Below, piece after piece: positions 35,822 to 45,523 of a DNA stretch of 64,000 bases. The stretch covers positions 965,410 through 1,029,409 of the forward strand of contig NW_008805086.1 of assembly GCF_000004825.1 (NCBI RefSeq), given 5' to 3'. Under the pieces are notes generated by a model, which did not search any database, was not told the DNA's origin, and worked only from the letters and a program-made list of their open reading frames with translations. The position numbers and the translations under genes are program-made. How positions within the stretch are numbered: position 1 is the first letter of the stretch; each line of letters opens with the position of its first letter. Source of the stretch: Heterostelium pallidum. Lineage: Eukaryota.

Positions 35822-38035
35822 GTGATCGTATTCACTTTTATAATCACAATTTTCACTATATTATCATCTATATACTTTATCAATGGAGGTATCGGTTTGA
35901 ATGGAAATGGCGTTGAATCAAACAACAATAATCAAAATGTCGAGGAAACTGCAAAGGATCTAATGGGTAGAAATTTAAATCAATTGCATCCATCGCTGAG
36001 GCTTCAGTTGGATGAGGAGGATCAGACTTTTCAACAGCTAGAGAATTTCAAACTCACTGGAAAAGACGAGCAACTTCAGTGGTCGACCGCTACATTTCAA
36101 AGGAAGCGTCGTGTTCTAATTGTCACCACTGAGATCGAGGGACCTGTACTCGGTGGAGGCATCGGAACTGCCTACACTGCATTGTCGCAACGACTCGCCG
36201 ACGATGGACACATCGTAACAGTGTTGGTAATCAACTACATCAAAAAGATGACTGCCACACACTGGCAGGAGTTGTATGCCACCAAGAAAATCACTATCGA
36301 ATTCCTCTCACCAGAGACTACCGACATCCTTGGATGCACCGGGCCATGCATTCGCAGTTACCACGCCTACAAATGGATTGCCGAGCGTGAGCATCTCTAC
36401 GATGTTCTTCACTTCCACGACAACGGTGGTATCGCCTATTTCTCTGCGTTGGCACGTAGCCAAGGAATTTCATTGCAAAAGTCAATCGTTGTCGTCGGTG
36501 GACATGGACCACATCTCTGGGAGAGAACTGCAAACTCTGCGAATCTCGACGACGGTAAACACTTTGAGGTAGATTACCTCGAGAAGCGTTCAGTGGAACT
36601 CTCCGACTGGCTGATATCGCCATCCAACTACATGCTAAACTGGATGCGTAGATCCGGTTGGGTTCTACCTAAAAACTCATATGTACACCAGAATCTTTTG
36701 CCAGGTACCATCATGTCGCAGCCAAGCGTCGATAAATTGATTGCACATTCATTCGATGAAATCATTTTCTTTGGTCGATTGGAGGCAAGAAAAGGACTCG
36801 ATATCTTCTTGAGAGCGTTGGATACACTACACAAGGAGTTGGACGAAGCCAATATCTTGGTTACATTTCTAGGTGCAAATACAAAGCTACCAGAGGTCAA
36901 TATGCTAGCGGATCAGTATATCGTTTCAAAGTGTCGTTTGTTGAATATGAATTGTCGGGTTTTGATTGGAAGAACTCATACCGAAGCAATCGCGTATCTC
37001 ACCGATCTATCGGATCGTAAGCTCGTCGTTATTCCATCGCCAATCGATAACTCACCCAACACAGTTTTGGAGTGTATGACACATAATCTAGCTTTCATTT
37101 CAACCAAAGTCGGTGGTATTCCAGAGTTGATCGATCCCAAAGATAGAGCACGTACTCTCTTTTCACCTGCACCAAACTCACTGATCCGAAAGATTCGTGA
37201 GTCCATCAGAGATGGTGTCTATCCAGCACGTATGGCCAAAGATGAATGGTTCAGACACAAGATTTGGAGCAATTGGCACTCCGTTGTACCAATACCTACA
37301 CAACAGCCACTCGTTACCAAACCCACCAATCTAGTGACTGTGGTACTCGTTCACAACGGCAACAACGACATTCAAGTGGAAACCAATCTAATGGCACTCG
37401 ACCAAAAGCAGAATCAATATCGTTTGGAGGTTGTAATTGCCACAGTTAGACCACTTCTCCAGATTCAAGAGTATCAATATATTAAAGTTAGTCAAGTCGA
37501 GATATCCGAATATCTCGTTTCACCAATCAATTTCCAGCCATGGAACAGTGAACCGATTGTCTCTTCATTCCATGGCGAATTCATTCTGTTTGTGGATCAA
37601 GAAGATTGGCTCAGCTCAAGGACACTCAATGAAATGTTGAATGTTGCCAAACATACCGGTGCACATATGGTATCGTCTTCGATTGGACATCCTGCCATGG
37701 GTGAAGATATCAGCTCTGTATATATGGGATGCATTGGAATGCCAGGAATGATGTACAACTGCTATGGTAGCAACAATGTACTGATGAACAAACTACTTTT
37801 ACATACAATCACTAAAAACTATACGAATGAAGAGATTGAAGATGAATTTGACTATGGTGGACCATGGGAGCTCTACTCTGAAGCAACCAACCGTGGATTC
37901 TCATTGGAAACCATTCCAAAAGCATTGTTTTTCACTTCAAGAACTGAAATCGATTTATCCAGTACTTATAATCAAGAATTAAGAGTTTTAAAATATTTCC
38001 AAGGTAAAAATTATTATTTAGCAAAACATTTATAA
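35822..38035 (+). CDS. Family GT4 (group-1) glycosyltransferase ORF with an N-terminal signal-anchor (type II membrane protein). The true start and end are uncertain, as described in findings.
   Basis: TM segment VIVFTFIITIFTILSSIYFI. Glyco_trans_4-like EIEGPVLGGGIGTAYTALSQRLADDGHIVTVLV and the Glycos_transf_1 motifs FFGRLEARKGLDIFLRAL ... LECMTHNLAFISTKVGGIPELI. A ~330-aa extra C-terminal domain follows. There is no in-frame ATG; an ATG at 35791 is +1 out of frame across an A7 run. Confidence 0.7.
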   Translation: MIVFTFIITIFTILSSIYFINGGIGLNGNGVESNNNNQNVEETAKDLMGRNLNQLHPSLRLQLDEEDQTFQQLENFKLTGKDEQLQWSTATFQRKRRVLIVTTEIEGPVLGGGIGTAYTALSQRLADDGHIVTVLVINYIKKMTATHWQELYATKKITIEFLSPETTDILGCTGPCIRSYHAYKWIAEREHLYDVLHFHDNGGIAYFSALARSQGISLQKSIVVVGGHGPHLWERTANSANLDDGKHFEVDYLEKRSVELSDWLISPSNYMLNWMRRSGWVLPKNSYVHQNLLPGTIMSQPSVDKLIAHSFDEIIFFGRLEARKGLDIFLRALDTLHKELDEANILVTFLGANTKLPEVNMLADQYIVSKCRLLNMNCRVLIGRTHTEAIAYLTDLSDRKLVVIPSPIDNSPNTVLECMTHNLAFISTKVGGIPELIDPKDRARTLFSPAPNSLIRKIRESIRDGVYPARMAKDEWFRHKIWSNWHSVVPIPTQQPLVTKPTNLVTVVLVHNGNNDIQVETNLMALDQKQNQYRLEVVIATVRPLLQIQEYQYIKVSQVEISEYLVSPINFQPWNSEPIVSSFHGEFILFVDQEDWLSSRTLNEMLNVAKHTGAHMVSSSIGHPAMGEDISSVYMGCIGMPGMMYNCYGSNNVLMNKLLLHTITKNYTNEEIEDEFDYGGPWELYSEATNRGFSLETIPKALFFTSRTEIDLSSTYNQELRVLKYFQGKNYYLAKHL

Positions 38036-38071
38036 AAGCAATAGTTTATTAACTTTTATTGTTATCAACAG

Positions 38072-39222
38072 CATTATTACCACCATCTTTAGGTATTTCA
38101 CCACTTGCAACAAGACATTTCCTAATATCAAAGGGTTACTATTTAAATGAAATCAATACACAGACACAAAAAGTTAAACAATTGGAAGGACAAGTGGCGA
38201 AATATCAAATCATTGAAAAGAGAGAGGAACAATTTTTTGATTTGAATGAAACTTCATCTCAAGAGAGTTCCTGTGTCGTTTCAAACTACATGGAATCCAG
38301 AAAGCATATTGGAATGGTTTTCATTCGTGGTCACGAGAAATCAGGTACCTCATGGTTGAAAAAAGTAGTTGGTCTTCATCCAAGAATCCAGTTGCACCAA
38401 CAGGAATTCCACTTCCATATCGTCGAGGATGCCATTGAAAAATTTACAGATCATCCATGGGCTGCAAGTAACGAGCCTTATGTTTCTTACACCCGTAAGT
38501 GGTACAAATCATTCGTACGTAATCTTTTATTGGCTGGAGTATCACCACCATCGGCATCGATCATCAACTATGTCGGTGAGAAGACACCATCACCATTGGC
38601 ACCGATTATCTCTGGTTCCAAATATATTCTAATCATTAGAGATGGTAGAGATGTTGTTGTATCACTCTTTTGGCATTATGTCAGACTCGGTGGATTCGAG
38701 AACTGGTGTGGTGGCTTCTCAAAGCAACTGGTTGAGCCAGGCTATGTGAGATCCTACAACCAGGATACCAGTTATTTCAAGAAGAATCCAGAACATTTGT
38801 TGGAAAAAGAAGTCTGCTTCCGACATGTCGTTAGAAGCTGGGCAAAGAGAATCAGAGAGGATCTCCAAACCATCGATGACCTCAAGAAAAACCCAGCTGC
38901 TGAAGTCTATGTTTTGCGTTACGAAGAGCTACACCGTGATACTGATGCCATAAGAACAGAGATGTATCAATTCCTCGGACTAGATCCAGCAGAAGCACAA
39001 GAGCTATCGGTCGAAGGCAAAACAATTGCTGGTGGCTTCCAGGAGGAGGGCGAAAAGAAAAACAAATTCTTTAGAAAAGGAGAGATTGGTGATTGGCAGA
39101 ATTACTTTAGTTATGCAAACAAAGTTTGGTTCAAAGAAGAGGCTGGACATGAACTCATCCAACTTGGTTATGAACTAGATCATCTTTGGGTAAAGAATAC
39201 CAAACTATCTCCTATTAAATAA
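38072..39222 (+). CDS. Sulfotransferase domain exon (cytosolic-sulfotransferase fold). It has no own ATG and is probably spliced onto the upstream glycosyltransferase exon through an intron at 38004..38071.
   Basis: 5'-PSB motif GHEKSGTSWL, 3'-PB motif IIRDGRDVVVS and RKGEIGDWQNYFS. The frame stays open for 77 codons upstream of the first ATG and reaches a TTATCAACAG acceptor that is in phase with a GTAAAA donor at 38004. Confidence 0.7.
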
Positions 39223-39790
39223 AATTAAAAATAAATAGATTAAAAGTTTTAACCTATCATAGAGATAATAACATTACAATGAATAGATTAGTTTACAATT
39301 TTATTTCAAATTACTCAAATCTAGAGGTTTTCTTTGTAAATGAAGCCAATTCAGGAGACAACTTCTCAATAACCGGTGTTCCGTATGGATCTTCAATATT
39401 TGATTTTCAATTTATAGTAAGCTATCACTACAATTTTTTTTTATTCAAACGTATTGATGTGTTGTTAATCAAAGATAAACAATTTACTTTGTTATCTTCA
39501 AAGATGATAAGTTGTGGGCTCAATCCACCATTTATTTCCTTTTAAGAATTTCTACAAACAAAATTAATTGTGCATGAAGAAATTTCAAAAAAAAAAAAGC
39601 ATTCAACCAGATATTTTTGTAAACGAAAAGTATCAAGATTTTGTGCATAAGATGAAAAAATTAAAAAAATAAAAATTTAACAAAAATAAAAAAATAAAAT
39701 TAAAACTAAAGTTTTTGTAATTGTTCAACAACAAATCAATTGACTGATTGATTGATTTAATCAAAACCTTAAATAACTAAATACATAATA

Positions 39791-41050
39791 ATGGTAAATT
39801 TTATTGATAACACTAACGACTATCTAAAGAGTAATGAATGCTAACATTTCGAGAATAATTAAATCAAATAGGAAACAACTACAGTTGAAACTACAAAGGA
39901 TGGTGTTGTCGTTTTACAATATGAAGATCTTTTGAAAATGAAGGATTTGGGACAGTCAATCGAAACTGCCTTTGGATATAACGGTATTGGACTTTTAGTG
40001 GTTCGTGGCATTCCAAACATCACAGAGTTGCGTGACAAACTCTTGAACTTGGCACCACAATATACTGCATTGCCAGACGACATCAAAGAGAAAACCGTAC
40101 ACAAAAAGAGTAATTACTCATTCGGTTGGTCACACGGTAAAGAAATTCTTAAACCAGGTGTTTTTGGTAAGTTAAAAATCATCATTCCTTAATATTAAAA
40201 TAATCAATTATTTACTAATTGTTTGATTGATTGATTGATTATCATAATAATTTATTATATATGTATAGACGAATATAAAGGATCATATTATAATAATCCA
40301 CAATATGATACACCATTCTCTGATGCAAAGATGATTGAAGAGTTTCCAGAAAGTTGTCATCCAAATATTTGGCCAGTCCAAGATTTCCCACAGTTGCGTG
40401 ATGCTTTTATGGAGTTGGGACAAACCATCGTCAATGTTGGATCGCTCGTTGCTCAGCAATGCGATCTCTACGTACAATCAAAGAAACCAAACTACCAACC
40501 AAACACATTGAAGCGTATCATCGACGAGTCACTCACTTGCAAGGCACGTCTTCTCTATTATTTCCCAATCAATGAGGACCAGACCGAGCGCTCAAGAGAC
40601 AGTTGGTGCGGATGGCACAACGACCACTCCAGTTTGACTGGTTTGTGTCCAGCCATGTACTTCAAGGTCGACGAGAAGGGTAATGTCGTACTTGACAAGG
40701 ATATTCCATGCCCAGACGCAGCAGCTGGATTGTATGCACGTTCCAGAAACGACGAGGAGGTAAAGGTTATCATCCCAAAGGATTGCATCGCCTACCAAAT
40801 TGGAGAGTGCTCACAAGTTCAAACCGGTGGATTGCTCCGTGCCACTCCACACGCTGTCCAAGCCATCAAGTATCCAGAGAGTCAGCAAGTAGGTCGTTCG
40901 ACATTCGCTGTTTTCATGCAACCAAATGTGGATGTCGTATTAAACACTCCAGATGCCACCGATCAATGTTCGGTTGGACAATATCAACCTGGTATGACAT
41001 TCGCTGAATTCAGTAAAGTTACAATTGAGAATTATTATTCTGAAAAATAA
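39791..41050 (+). CDS. 2-oxoglutarate/Fe(II)-dependent dioxygenase family protein. Exons are join(39791..39793,39872..40166,40269..41050).
   Basis: DIOX_N-like N-terminus (VVLQYEDL...GYNGIGLLVVRGIP). The HxD...H triad sits in WHNDHSSLTGL ... GGLLRATPHAV. The first coding exon is only the ATG, followed directly by GTAAAT (78-nt intron); the second intron is 102 nt (GTAAGT...TATAG). Confidence 0.7.
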
Positions 41051-41456
41051 AATGAACTAAACATAAAGTTGATTCCATTTTATAATATATCTGTTTAATT
41101 GGGGTTAATTAATTTTTTAACAGTTTACATTTGCATTGTGTGAAAATTTATGAATTGCAAAAAAATTGATTAACACACACCAATATTGTGTTAATCCAAC
41201 TTTTTTTGGAGAATGATCTTTAACAAATTGTAGTATAATCCAATAGATTTTTGAAGAAATTAATAAATTAATCATATATTAAAAATTTATACAAAACAAA
41301 ATATAATTCATTTTTTTTAAGTACTTAAAAAAAAAAATATTATTTAGTTATATAGTTATATTACTTTTTATCTTTATAACTATCACAAATATATTATTAT
41401 AAATAATACTTACTTTATTATTTTATTTATATATAATAGTAAAAAAATTAAAAAAT

Positions 41457-42875
41457 ATGGAAGATGTATACAATATTGAGAAGAGAAAACAAATATTTGA
41501 AGTTTTATCAAATAATTTAGAAATAAGATATTTAAAGTATATATGGGTGGATCTATCAAATTTTATTCATGTAAAAGTTATTAGAACCAAGTATTTATTG
41601 GAGCACCAATGCAAATATTTTTCGTTTGGTACCAACTTTCTGTTTTTGAGATGCTTTGACAATCTTTCCAATGTTATAATTCCACCAGAGGACAAAGAAA
41701 CTTACTTTGTTCCAGATTGGAATACATTCCATGTGAATTCTTATCAAAAGGGAATTGCAAGTGTGTTTGGTTCGATCTATAGAATGAAGAAAGTAGTTTT
41801 AGGAAATGGAAATTCGTTCATACAGTGTGAACCATATGAACACTGTCCAAGAAATATTTTAAAAAAAGCAGAGAATACACTGTCGGAAATTCATATTGAT
41901 GGTGAAACTGGTATCAGCTTGAAAGGTTCATTTGAAGAAGAGTTCTATTTATTACCATTGGATACACCAATACCTGAAGAGGCTAATTCCGAATTAATAC
42001 CTGGATACAGTTTATACCATGTGGATGATCACATAGAGATCCTAATTGATATGGCCAAACACTTGGAGGATCAAGGTGTGCCGAATGAACAGATTCTGCA
42101 TGAGGGTGCACCAAACCAATTTGAAATAACAGTGCCTTACACATCGATCATGGAAGCATGTGATCGTCATATCATTGTGAGAAGTACAGTTCATGCTATT
42201 GCCAAGAAACATGGATATCAAGCCACTTTTATTCCTAAACCATTTAAAAACGACCTTGGAACTGGTTGCCATGTTCATCTTTCTCTGTGGAACAAAGACA
42301 AGAATTTAGTACCAAATCTAACTCATTCAACTAATTTATCAAACATTGCAAGACGTGCGATCAGTGGTATATTGCATCATGCTAGAGGTCTAACTGCTAT
42401 TTTCAATGCGTCTGTAAACTCATATCAACGTTTGAAGCCTATGACCTGGTCTGGAGGTGCCATTTGCTGGGGTGTCAATAATAAGGAATCGATGATTCGT
42501 GTTCCACACAGTGCATACACATTCAGTAACTTTGAATTGAAATCATTGGATCATAGTGCCAATGTGTATGTGGCAATGGCAGCCACTATATATGCAATGG
42601 TTGATGGAATGATTAGTGATAGTATAAAGATGCTTCCTCCAATTACCAAATACCCGTGCCAATATACTGACAGTGAAAGAGATAACCTAGGAATAAGACA
42701 GTTTCCTAAAACTCTTGGAGAAGCAATCAAAGAACTTGGCTCAGATACCTTTTTGATCAAAATGATGGGTTCCGAATTTATAGAGACCTTTTGTGCTATC
42801 AGACAATTCGAACAAGATTTTCTTAAAGGCAAGAGTGATTATGAAATTATTAAACTCTATTACAAACTGTATTAA
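41457..42875 (+). CDS. Glutamine synthetase family protein (type-I-like glutamate-ammonia/amine ligase), paralogue 1 of 3, 472 aa.
   Basis: Beta-grasp N-terminal domain (IRYLKYIWVDLSN) and catalytic-domain motifs GSFEEEFYLL, HVHLSLWN, NSYQRLKP and NNKESMIRVP (GS 'NRSAxIRIP'). Confidence 0.8.
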   Translation: MEDVYNIEKRKQIFEVLSNNLEIRYLKYIWVDLSNFIHVKVIRTKYLLEHQCKYFSFGTNFLFLRCFDNLSNVIIPPEDKETYFVPDWNTFHVNSYQKGIASVFGSIYRMKKVVLGNGNSFIQCEPYEHCPRNILKKAENTLSEIHIDGETGISLKGSFEEEFYLLPLDTPIPEEANSELIPGYSLYHVDDHIEILIDMAKHLEDQGVPNEQILHEGAPNQFEITVPYTSIMEACDRHIIVRSTVHAIAKKHGYQATFIPKPFKNDLGTGCHVHLSLWNKDKNLVPNLTHSTNLSNIARRAISGILHHARGLTAIFNASVNSYQRLKPMTWSGGAICWGVNNKESMIRVPHSAYTFSNFELKSLDHSANVYVAMAATIYAMVDGMISDSIKMLPPITKYPCQYTDSERDNLGIRQFPKTLGEAIKELGSDTFLIKMMGSEFIETFCAIRQFEQDFLKGKSDYEIIKLYYKLY

Positions 42876-43302
42876 TAATAATAAAGGTAGATTTCTTGGT
42901 TCTAGAAAGAAAAAATAATTTTAAAAAAAAAATTTTTCATCAACAATTTTTTAAAAAAAAAAGGAATCATTATTTGAAAAGATGTTACTTTGTGTATTCA
43001 TAAATCTGAGACAAAAAAATTGGTGAAAAAGATCACTTTTCAGTTTTTTTTTTCTTGAACCAATCATAAATTAAATGGGCAGTTGAACAAAAATGAAAAT
43101 ATTTGTTTGTGTTTAGTTGTAAATTGGCATTGGTTGAAAAGATCCGGGAACCATGTTTTATTATTATAATCTATCTATTCGAGGTTTCTGCTTATTGTTC
43201 GTAAAGTTGAACAAAAGGTGTACCACAGACATATAAATAAGAAAATCAATCTACAACAATTTTAAATTACATAACTTTTTTAAATCAGTGTTTATTCAAC
43301 AA

Positions 43303-44724
43303 ATGGAAGAATTGAATAATGAAAAAAGAAAACAAATATTTGAATATTTATCAATACACACAGAAATTAGATATCTAAAATATATTTGGATTGATCTTTC
43401 CAATGTTATACACTCGAGAATCATCAGAACAAAATATTTGCTAGAAGAACGATGCCAGCACTTCCCTATTCTCATTACCTTCCTTTATTGGCGATGCTTC
43501 GACGGAAGAATAAGTCCAGCGGTTGATTATAAACTCGAAGAATCTGAAGCTTACTTTTTGCCAGATTGGGGAACATTCCAATTGGTTTCATATCAAGCAG
43601 AGACTGCACAGGTTTTTGGGTACATTTATCAAATTAAGAGAGTGGCTCAGCCTGATGGTGCTTTCAAGACTCACTATGATGCCGTGGATTGTTGTCCTAG
43701 AACCATGCTGAAGAATGCAGAGAAAATACTTTCGGAGATCCATATCGATGGTGCAACTGGTATCAGCTTGAAAGGTTCCTTCGAAGAAGAATTCTATCTA
43801 CTTCCTTTTGGTACGTCATTGCCTGAAGATTCTAGTTATGAATACAGACCATGCTTTAGCCTTTATCATACAGATGAATACTTTGAGATTCTAACTGACA
43901 TTGAGAAACACTTGGAGGCTCAGGGTGTGCCAAATGAACAGATTATGACCGAAGGTGGACCAAACCAATTTGAAATAACAGTGCCTTACACATCGATCAT
44001 GGAAGCATGTGATCGTCATATTATCATCAGAAGTACAGTTCATGCAATTTCCAAGAAACATGGATATCAAGCCACTTTTATTCCCAAACCTTACAAGAGT
44101 TACCCTGGAACTGGTTGTCATGTTCACCTTTCTCTGTGGAACAGAACCAATAATTTAGTTCCAAATCTCAGTCATCCAAATGGTCTGTCAAACATTGCAA
44201 GACGTGCGATCAGTGGTATATTGCATCATGCCAGTGGTCTGGCTGCTATTTTCAATCCAAATGTAAACTCATATCAACGTTTGAAACCATTGACTATTTC
44301 AGGTAATTTTATATGCTGGGGTATCGGTAATAAGGAAGCGATGATTCGAGTTCCACCATGTTCTTATACATTCAGTAACTTTGAATTGAAATCAATGGAT
44401 CATAGTGCCAACCCGTATTTGGCATTAGCTGCAACTATCTATGCAATGGTCGATGGAATGATTAGTGATAATATTAGGATACTTCCCAACATTCCAACAT
44501 TTCCAACACTCTACACCGAAATAGAAAAAGAGGAACTGGGCATTAGAGAAAATCCTAGATCTCTTGACGAAGCAATCAAAGAACTTAGATCAGATACCTT
44601 TTTGATCAACATGATGGGTTCTGAATTTATCAAGAACTTTTGTGCTATTAGACAGTTCGAACAAGATTTTCTTAGTGGCAAAACTAATCATGAAACCGCC
44701 AAACTCTATTACAAATTGTATTAA
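43303..44724 (+). CDS. Glutamine synthetase family protein, paralogue 2 of 3. The start is taken at ATG 43303 (MEELNNEKRKQ), not at the GTG at 43288.
   Basis: About 75% amino-acid identity to paralogue 1, with the same motifs. Stretches are identical at nucleotide level (for example 'ccaaaccaatttgaaataacagtgccttacacatcgatcatggaagcatgtgatcgtcatat'). Confidence 0.8.
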   Translation: MEELNNEKRKQIFEYLSIHTEIRYLKYIWIDLSNVIHSRIIRTKYLLEERCQHFPILITFLYWRCFDGRISPAVDYKLEESEAYFLPDWGTFQLVSYQAETAQVFGYIYQIKRVAQPDGAFKTHYDAVDCCPRTMLKNAEKILSEIHIDGATGISLKGSFEEEFYLLPFGTSLPEDSSYEYRPCFSLYHTDEYFEILTDIEKHLEAQGVPNEQIMTEGGPNQFEITVPYTSIMEACDRHIIIRSTVHAISKKHGYQATFIPKPYKSYPGTGCHVHLSLWNRTNNLVPNLSHPNGLSNIARRAISGILHHASGLAAIFNPNVNSYQRLKPLTISGNFICWGIGNKEAMIRVPPCSYTFSNFELKSMDHSANPYLALAATIYAMVDGMISDNIRILPNIPTFPTLYTEIEKEELGIRENPRSLDEAIKELRSDTFLINMMGSEFIKNFCAIRQFEQDFLSGKTNHETAKLYYKLY

Positions 44725-45523
44725 TAATGATATGTATGATAGATTTTTCTCTTCACAAATTTATTAATGATTCGGTTTTACAAACATTAGTGATCGAAAT
44801 AAACGAGTGATGATTTCAATTTTATAAAATCAAACACCACCCACACGATATTTATTTTTAGTATAATGCAGACGTCTCTTAATCTCATATTCTTTAAACT
44901 ATTAAAAAAGTATCGAAAAATAATAAATCACTTGCAAAACTAGCGATTAATTGAATCGTGAATCAAATAAAATTTAATTTTGATTGAATTTGTCTATTTT
45001 TGTCAAAAAAAAAAACATTTTGAAAGTAGAACAAAACCATTAACATCCAACAAAGCCTAAAATCAGAAAATTATTGGGTTAAATATAATTAAAATGTGTA
45101 TTTAATCATTGTTTTTGTTACTAATATTTAAACACACAAAAAATTAATTAAATTCTTTTTTTTATGATTAAATTTTAAAATTACATTAAATTTGGGGGGG
45201 GGCTGTATCAACAAATCACAAAATAGACCTCCCCTGTTCTTTCAAATCTTCGATAAATCTAACTACCATTCATTATATATATATCACAACTTTTTAAGAT
45301 CAATATTAATAATTAATTAAAATTAAAAAAAAATTGGTACTTCTTTTGTTAAATAAAATTACTTTAATTAATATTATCATATAAAGGTATTAGATATAAC
45401 AGTTATTTGTTAAATTATTACTTTTTTATTTGTACTTAAATCAAAACAAACTTTCTTTACATTCAATCAAAATCAAAGAATCAACCAATTGTTTTTCTAG
45501 ATTTTTTTTAAAAATAAATAATT

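Noticed and set aside
38059-39222. Treating the sulfotransferase ORF as an independent gene starting at the listed ORF start or at the internal ATG (~38291).
   Set aside because: The listed start is a TTG. The frame is open and coding-like for 77 codons upstream of the first ATG, and the spacer to the glycosyltransferase stop is only 24 bp and not AT-rich. An in-phase donor and acceptor pair joins it to the upstream ORF.
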